Position numbers and translations under genes: made by a program
The notes under the pieces: generated by a model
Told to the model about the DNA's origin: nothing
What the model saw: the letters and a program-made list of their open reading frames with translations, nothing else
Databases searched by the model: none
Source: Podarcis tiliguerta
Lineage: Eukaryota
Reading direction: 5' to 3' (one strand)
DNA length: 64,000 nt
Assembly: GCA_965153285.1 (NCBI GenBank)
Contig: OZ229115.1
Shown here: positions 58,531 through 64,000 of the stretch, piece by piece
Layout: every line of letters starts with the position of its first letter
Position numbering within the stretch: position 1 is the first letter of the stretch

Positions 58531-60539
58531 CAGAGTGCTTGTAGTCCGTAGACGGTAGAAGAGCATACTGGGAAAGGCTGCGAAATAAATAGCATCCGTT
58601 CAGAGACCTATTAGCTCTGCGGGCGGCTCAAGACAAGAGTTAGAAACTGTCTTAACCCTCTGACCTCTTTAACTGCTCTGACACGGATCATCTAGTGTCT
58701 GCTGGGCAACCCCCTTCCTCCAGCGTTTTTTATAAGACCATTTGTGTTTATGTATCTTTAAATACCAAGGTCCTGGATCACACCACGCATGCTTCAGGTG
58801 TGACGAATGAACACAACACAGGGCAGCTCCCGATCCCACAGAGTTCCGTGCATCAAAGTAAAGAGTGTGACTGGGAGCGGGTGGAAGTGGCGCGACTCAC
58901 CTGACCCTCATCTCTGACGCCGGGGTCTCTACCGGCAGAGGGCAGGGTTAGCCTGGCAATGCAGTGGTGTCCCCAAGTGCACCTCGCAGGCTTTGGCTTA
59001 GAGGGAAATGGAAACCATTCGCTCAGGCTAGGAAAAAATAAAGCACTGCGAGTGGAGGAAACAACGCACATAGGATAATACCTATCCAGGTCTTCCCTAC
59101 TGAGATGTGTGCATACTGGATATGTCATATTTCAAGCCCAGCAGACTGGGCTTAGAAAGTGATCGACCCAAAGATTAAGCTTCGTAGCTTTGTGAGGATT
59201 TGGGACCTATTTATCTGCGGTTCTCTTATTTTTCAAGCCTTGGTTCCCAGGCTATAATTCCCATCCTCCTTGACAATTGGCTAAGCTGGCTGAGCAATAC
59301 TTACCTGCTGCATCACTAGCTCTCAATAACGTTGCTATTGATAAAAGATTGTATCTGAACATGTGCAGGCTATGTAGTCTCTCTAACAAGTATGCTTAGG
59401 ATTGCAGCATTAGAAATTAACCTTACTGGTGCATGCCAGTAGCTAATTAAGACCAAGAAACTGACAAAACGTCAAATGCTGCAACATTTTTTCTGGTTCA
59501 GTACCAGCCTTATAAGAATGGCCTATTGTGTTCATTAGGCTTTCTTCCAAGGTCCACAATCTCCCTATGCAAAGTTAAGCATGCCTAAACATGTCTCAGG
59601 TCTCAGGCACACCTAACTGCATAGGACTCTGCTGTAAGTGTGCAGAAATTGTCGCCTTATGGCGACAATATAGAACATAGAACAAAATCCTACTAACAAT
59701 ACTACTAGGAGTTGTCTCTAGTTAGAGAAAAGTTAACACCTCTTGAAAGCGTATATTACTAATAACTGGGTTAAAAACAAGACAGGATTCTGCACCCTTA
59801 ATAGTTGTGTAGGGTGGAATTTTAGCAGACACAAGCTTACACCTGCTGAAAATTCTTCTACACAACTATTAAGGGTGCAGGAGCCTTATCTTGTATCTGG
59901 TCACCTAGCAAAAATAAGGGAAACTGCACTAGTAATAACAGCAATGTCTTTTAGGCAGCAATAATTCCCAGTCAAAAGATACTGACCTAATCAGTATTAA
60001 TGCAAAGTTCTCTAAAGATTACAGTTGAAGTAAAGTTTGGTCTGTAGTTTGTTTCCACATCTTCTTACATAAATTAAGTCTTGTGTGTGCTTGACTGTTG
60101 GCTGTAAGGCTTCTGTGAACGACCCACCAATCTGAAACTTTATGTTACCTGTTGTATTGTCATCTATGGTATGAACTTCAATATACTTTTTCAGTTAAGA
60201 GTATTTTTTTTTTAAAGCTGAGTCTCATTTAAAAACAACTAGTGATGGAGAAGATTTTTAAATGAGTAGACATTGACATTGATTATGCAGCTAAGAAGCT
60301 CATCACTGTTCTGCTATCAACAGCTGCTGCTCCTCTCTTGTTATTAGCTCCCTGCTAAAAGCTTCTACCTCCCCAAATGTCATCCTGCTGGGTCTTTACT
60401 TTCATAGACTGAATAATTAACTTCATTCATTAGATAAGGTAAATTGCCTGCCTAATGCAAAGGTTGTAGATGTTAGCCATGGAGGAGACAGTGGTTGTGG
60501 TGCACGTTGGCACCAGTGACATGGGAAAATGTAATCTCA

Positions 60540-60815
<276 letters not shown>

Positions 60816-62346
60816 TCAAAGAGTGCACTAGCTGCAGCATATTGCAACCTAGATGAATCTTCCTTGGGAATAATTTCAGACATATACACACTTGCTAGCA
60901 TATACAAAACTGAATATATTTACCAAAAAGACAATATAGGTTTTCAGACAAGGTATCTTAAGACCCCAACCAAGGGAATCATTATATCAATATACCCAGA
61001 CAGCTGACAATTTTACTAAGAAAAATACTAATAACAAAACTGTTGCTTGTATTTTGGATCTGGATCCCTGAAGATGCAATATATGTCTGCTTTTAATTCA
61101 AAACGCTTTAACCTACTGCAGCAATCCGAAAGTTACCTTAAAAACACTAGTACCCCTTCAACTCCAGTATAAGATACCTGTGCACATGTTTGGACATAAT
61201 GTTCTTAGTGTATCAAAGTCACCAGGAATACCTGAGGATTTGATTGTTTCAGCCCCGCACATAAAATACAATTTTTCTATACAAGGACATCCTGAATAAC
61301 ACTGAGTTGGATTTTTGTAAGTTGAGGGAGGAGGGGAACAGGGAGCTAGATAATATGAAAGGGAGTGGGTGGCTGTGCTCCCTTTTGTAAAAGAAAAAAA
61401 CAAACCCAGAATTTCATGGATGTAGACATTTAGCTTAATTACTTCTCCATGGTGTGGCACTTTACTGAAGGACTGCATAGCTAAATCCTGAGCACCACTT
61501 TGGCAGCAAAACAGCTGGTATTTCAACACTAAAAATAATTTTCAATCCCATCAATAGTACAATGTTCAGAAGATTGGTTTACAGTAGCTCTTATGAGGAA
61601 GTGGCTCTTCATAGGAGACAGACTAGCAAGTCCTCAGACATTTGGACTCCATAATAGACCTGTTTGCACGATGGGTCACCATGAGGTCTGACCTGTTACA
61701 GGATTCTAGTGATGATTAAGATTATGTGTACCCCTTTCTCTACCTTTCTCTCTCCCTTTCTGGTTTCTTTTTTGTTCTCTTCTTTATGGGAAAGGATAAC
61801 AATTTAAAATCAAATAAAATTAATTAAAGAAGGTCTTCCATTACAAAGTACATGCATATATACATATGTAAATAAGGGAGGGCATTTTGGAAAAGATTGA
61901 CAGAAAAATGTGAAAAGGTTGTTTTAAACTATCCTCCTGAGAGTTCATACACGGCTGGAGGAGATGGTTCAGTTAATACACAATGGGGTTAGTGATTTCC
62001 ATCTAGCATTAAATGCAGTAGCAGTATCAAGCAAATTCTGTTTCAAATTATGTTCACTGTAAGCAGGCTTGTGATATTAGAGCACATTCAGTGTTAAATC
62101 AGGCTAACACTGCTTGTCGTAGCATAAGCATAATTTTGGACCAAGGTGGGACTTACAAACTTGTGAATTTATTTTTAATGCTTACACATTGCAATTTATT
62201 TCTATTCCTGTCATTCATTTCTTTATAAACATGTAGAAACAAATAAAGGCCACATACACAAAAATCCCAGAAACCGTCTTTTTAAGTCTAATAACCCATG
62301 GCAGTCTTGAGTGAAATTCTATCTTCTGTCTTCTAAACTACTGGAG

Positions 62347-63932
62347 TTAATAGGGATCATTGAAAGGATAGAGGGGGTGTCCAGCGTCCCTTGCAACAAG
62401 TTTGCCCTCGACCTGTAGAAGATAAAGATAAAGTGAAAAGGAAGTACAATTGTTAGTTATTCTAGAAAATGAATGCTACCTTTCAGGTGCATGTGCATAA
62501 CCAGTGGGGAAACTGTCACAGCTAATAGAAGCTGACCAAAGGAGCAGCTATCTTCTATAGCAATTGCAACTTAAAGTAATAGAATGTTGGATATACTAGC
62601 AAGGCAAAATTAGAATTAATCCTACTGAGCTGAGTACGAGCCATGAATCTAATGAAACAGCATTGATCCCAATTTGAGGCCCTTTTATAAAACACACTGG
62701 CAACATGGGAGCATGCGGACAAGTCTCCATTGAAGATGACAGAAAGTTTTGAACATATTTTGCATATGGTAAAATGAGATGGTTTATAGGTGTGAATACG
62801 ATTACACTGGGGGAAATGGAACATGTTTTGAAGGATACACACACACAGAGCGCAGAGAAAAGGAAAACCAATAAGGGTGACAAGAGGGCAACATGATGCT
62901 TTTATAGAAACCCTTGGATAATGTAGAATAAGGTTCTGTTGATAGAGAATAGTTTTCTTCCTCATCTCAGGAGCCACTAGGGGGCATGCAACACAGGCAA
63001 TACAGCTTGTACCATCACAAATGCAAATTTAAAAATTGCTTGTTCATTAAATATTGCATTAGAAGGGGGGGCAGGGAGCAAAATGAAACCTACAGAACTT
63101 TTCAAGGACAAATTAGTAATTTATTCTCTTCATGCATCTCTTCATGCATCTCTCTTAGCAAGGAAAAATATCTGATCTATTTTTACACAGAAGGAAAATC
63201 CTCTGTATCTTTATCACATATCCTCCGCTACCAGGGCCAGCCCTCTCATCAGACAACCTGAGATACTTTTCTTGCTGCTGTTTGGAAAAGCACATAAATC
63301 TGATCTTTGAAGAATTTGGAAGCAAACCATTTTCAGTTTGCTAAACGTGGTCTCTTTCACAAAGAGGAAGTAGGAGCTCTGAAATAAACTTAGAAGAGGA
63401 TATTTTAAAGATCTAACAGCCTATATTCCGGCACTTTACTTTACTGCTCTTTTTGTGATTTTAAATCTTTTCTGGGGCTCTTTCACCAAAGAGTACTTGC
63501 CCCAAACCTGAATCTAGGCCATCCAGGGAATTCTCATTTTATTATTTTAAGCCTAATTTACAGCTAAAAACACCAACACATTTGATACCTGTTTTAAAAA
63601 TTAAATCAAATGATGCACTGCTTGCTAGCCAATAGCATTCACAAGAAGTAATCATGTTAAGTAAATAGCTTGTCATCTACACAATGGGTTACCCCAAGTT
63701 CTACTTCAGCTGTTTTGTTTGAATGCCAGTTACTAAGAGATAAATGAATAAGAAGGGTTAGAGTGTTAAACACCCTCGTGGGAGGCGAATGATACAAAGC
63801 CTCAATTATGGTGAAAATGCCTTAGAGAGCAAGAGGCAACATTACCGTAACCATTGGAACAATATATCGCCAGTTCTTATTCAGGCTCCCAATAAAGCTC
63901 ATCTCTTCCGCTGTCAGGTTGAAGTCAAACAC
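62347..63932 (-). CDS. AKR1A1: Aldo-keto reductase 1A1 (aldehyde reductase), last two coding exons (gene starts beyond the right edge)
   Basis: Exon 63846-63932 [29 protein letters not shown] and exon 62347-62412 [21 protein letters not shown], the characteristic AKR1A1 C-terminus. Upstream of and co-oriented with NASP, as in mammals. Minus-strand AATAAA at about 62168-62173 and 62195-62200. Confidence 0.95.
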
Positions 63933-64000
63933 CTAAAACCAGAAGCAGATACTTTAAATAATAATAATGTTTTATTTATACCCTGCCTTTCCCGGTTTAA

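Overview
Eukaryotic (vertebrate) genomic DNA, almost certainly a squamate and probably a lacertid lizard, judging by a Sauria SINE, Bov-B, CR1/L2 fragments and lizard-type MITEs. In order, the window holds: the first 11 coding exons of KIF2C/MCAK (- strand, continuing off the left edge); a U5 snRNA gene with PSE, DSE and 3' box (-); an unusually long CCDC17-like gene (+); a complete NASP gene (-, about 755 aa tNASP / 438 aa sNASP) with a CpG-island promoter; and the last two coding exons of AKR1A1 (-). All exons were traced by hand using GT-AG sites and frame continuity. Main findings: (1) CCDC17 continues in frame for 17-19 more exons (about 760-830 aa) past where the mammalian protein ends, giving a protein of about 1,450-1,525 aa with a Zn-finger, coiled coils and four C2-like modules; exon 14 has an in-frame stop inside its donor site, so it could also end a mammal-length short form. 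(2) A perfect 50-bp inverted repeat brackets a 2.3-kb block carrying the whole U5 unit at the KIF2C/CCDC17 junction. Also seen: a pre-miRNA-like intronic hairpin, candidate extra NASP exons and a distal promoter, a twin-primed L1, and a retro-insertion that offers CCDC17 an alternative last exon. Most ORFs in the supplied track are exon fragments or spurious.
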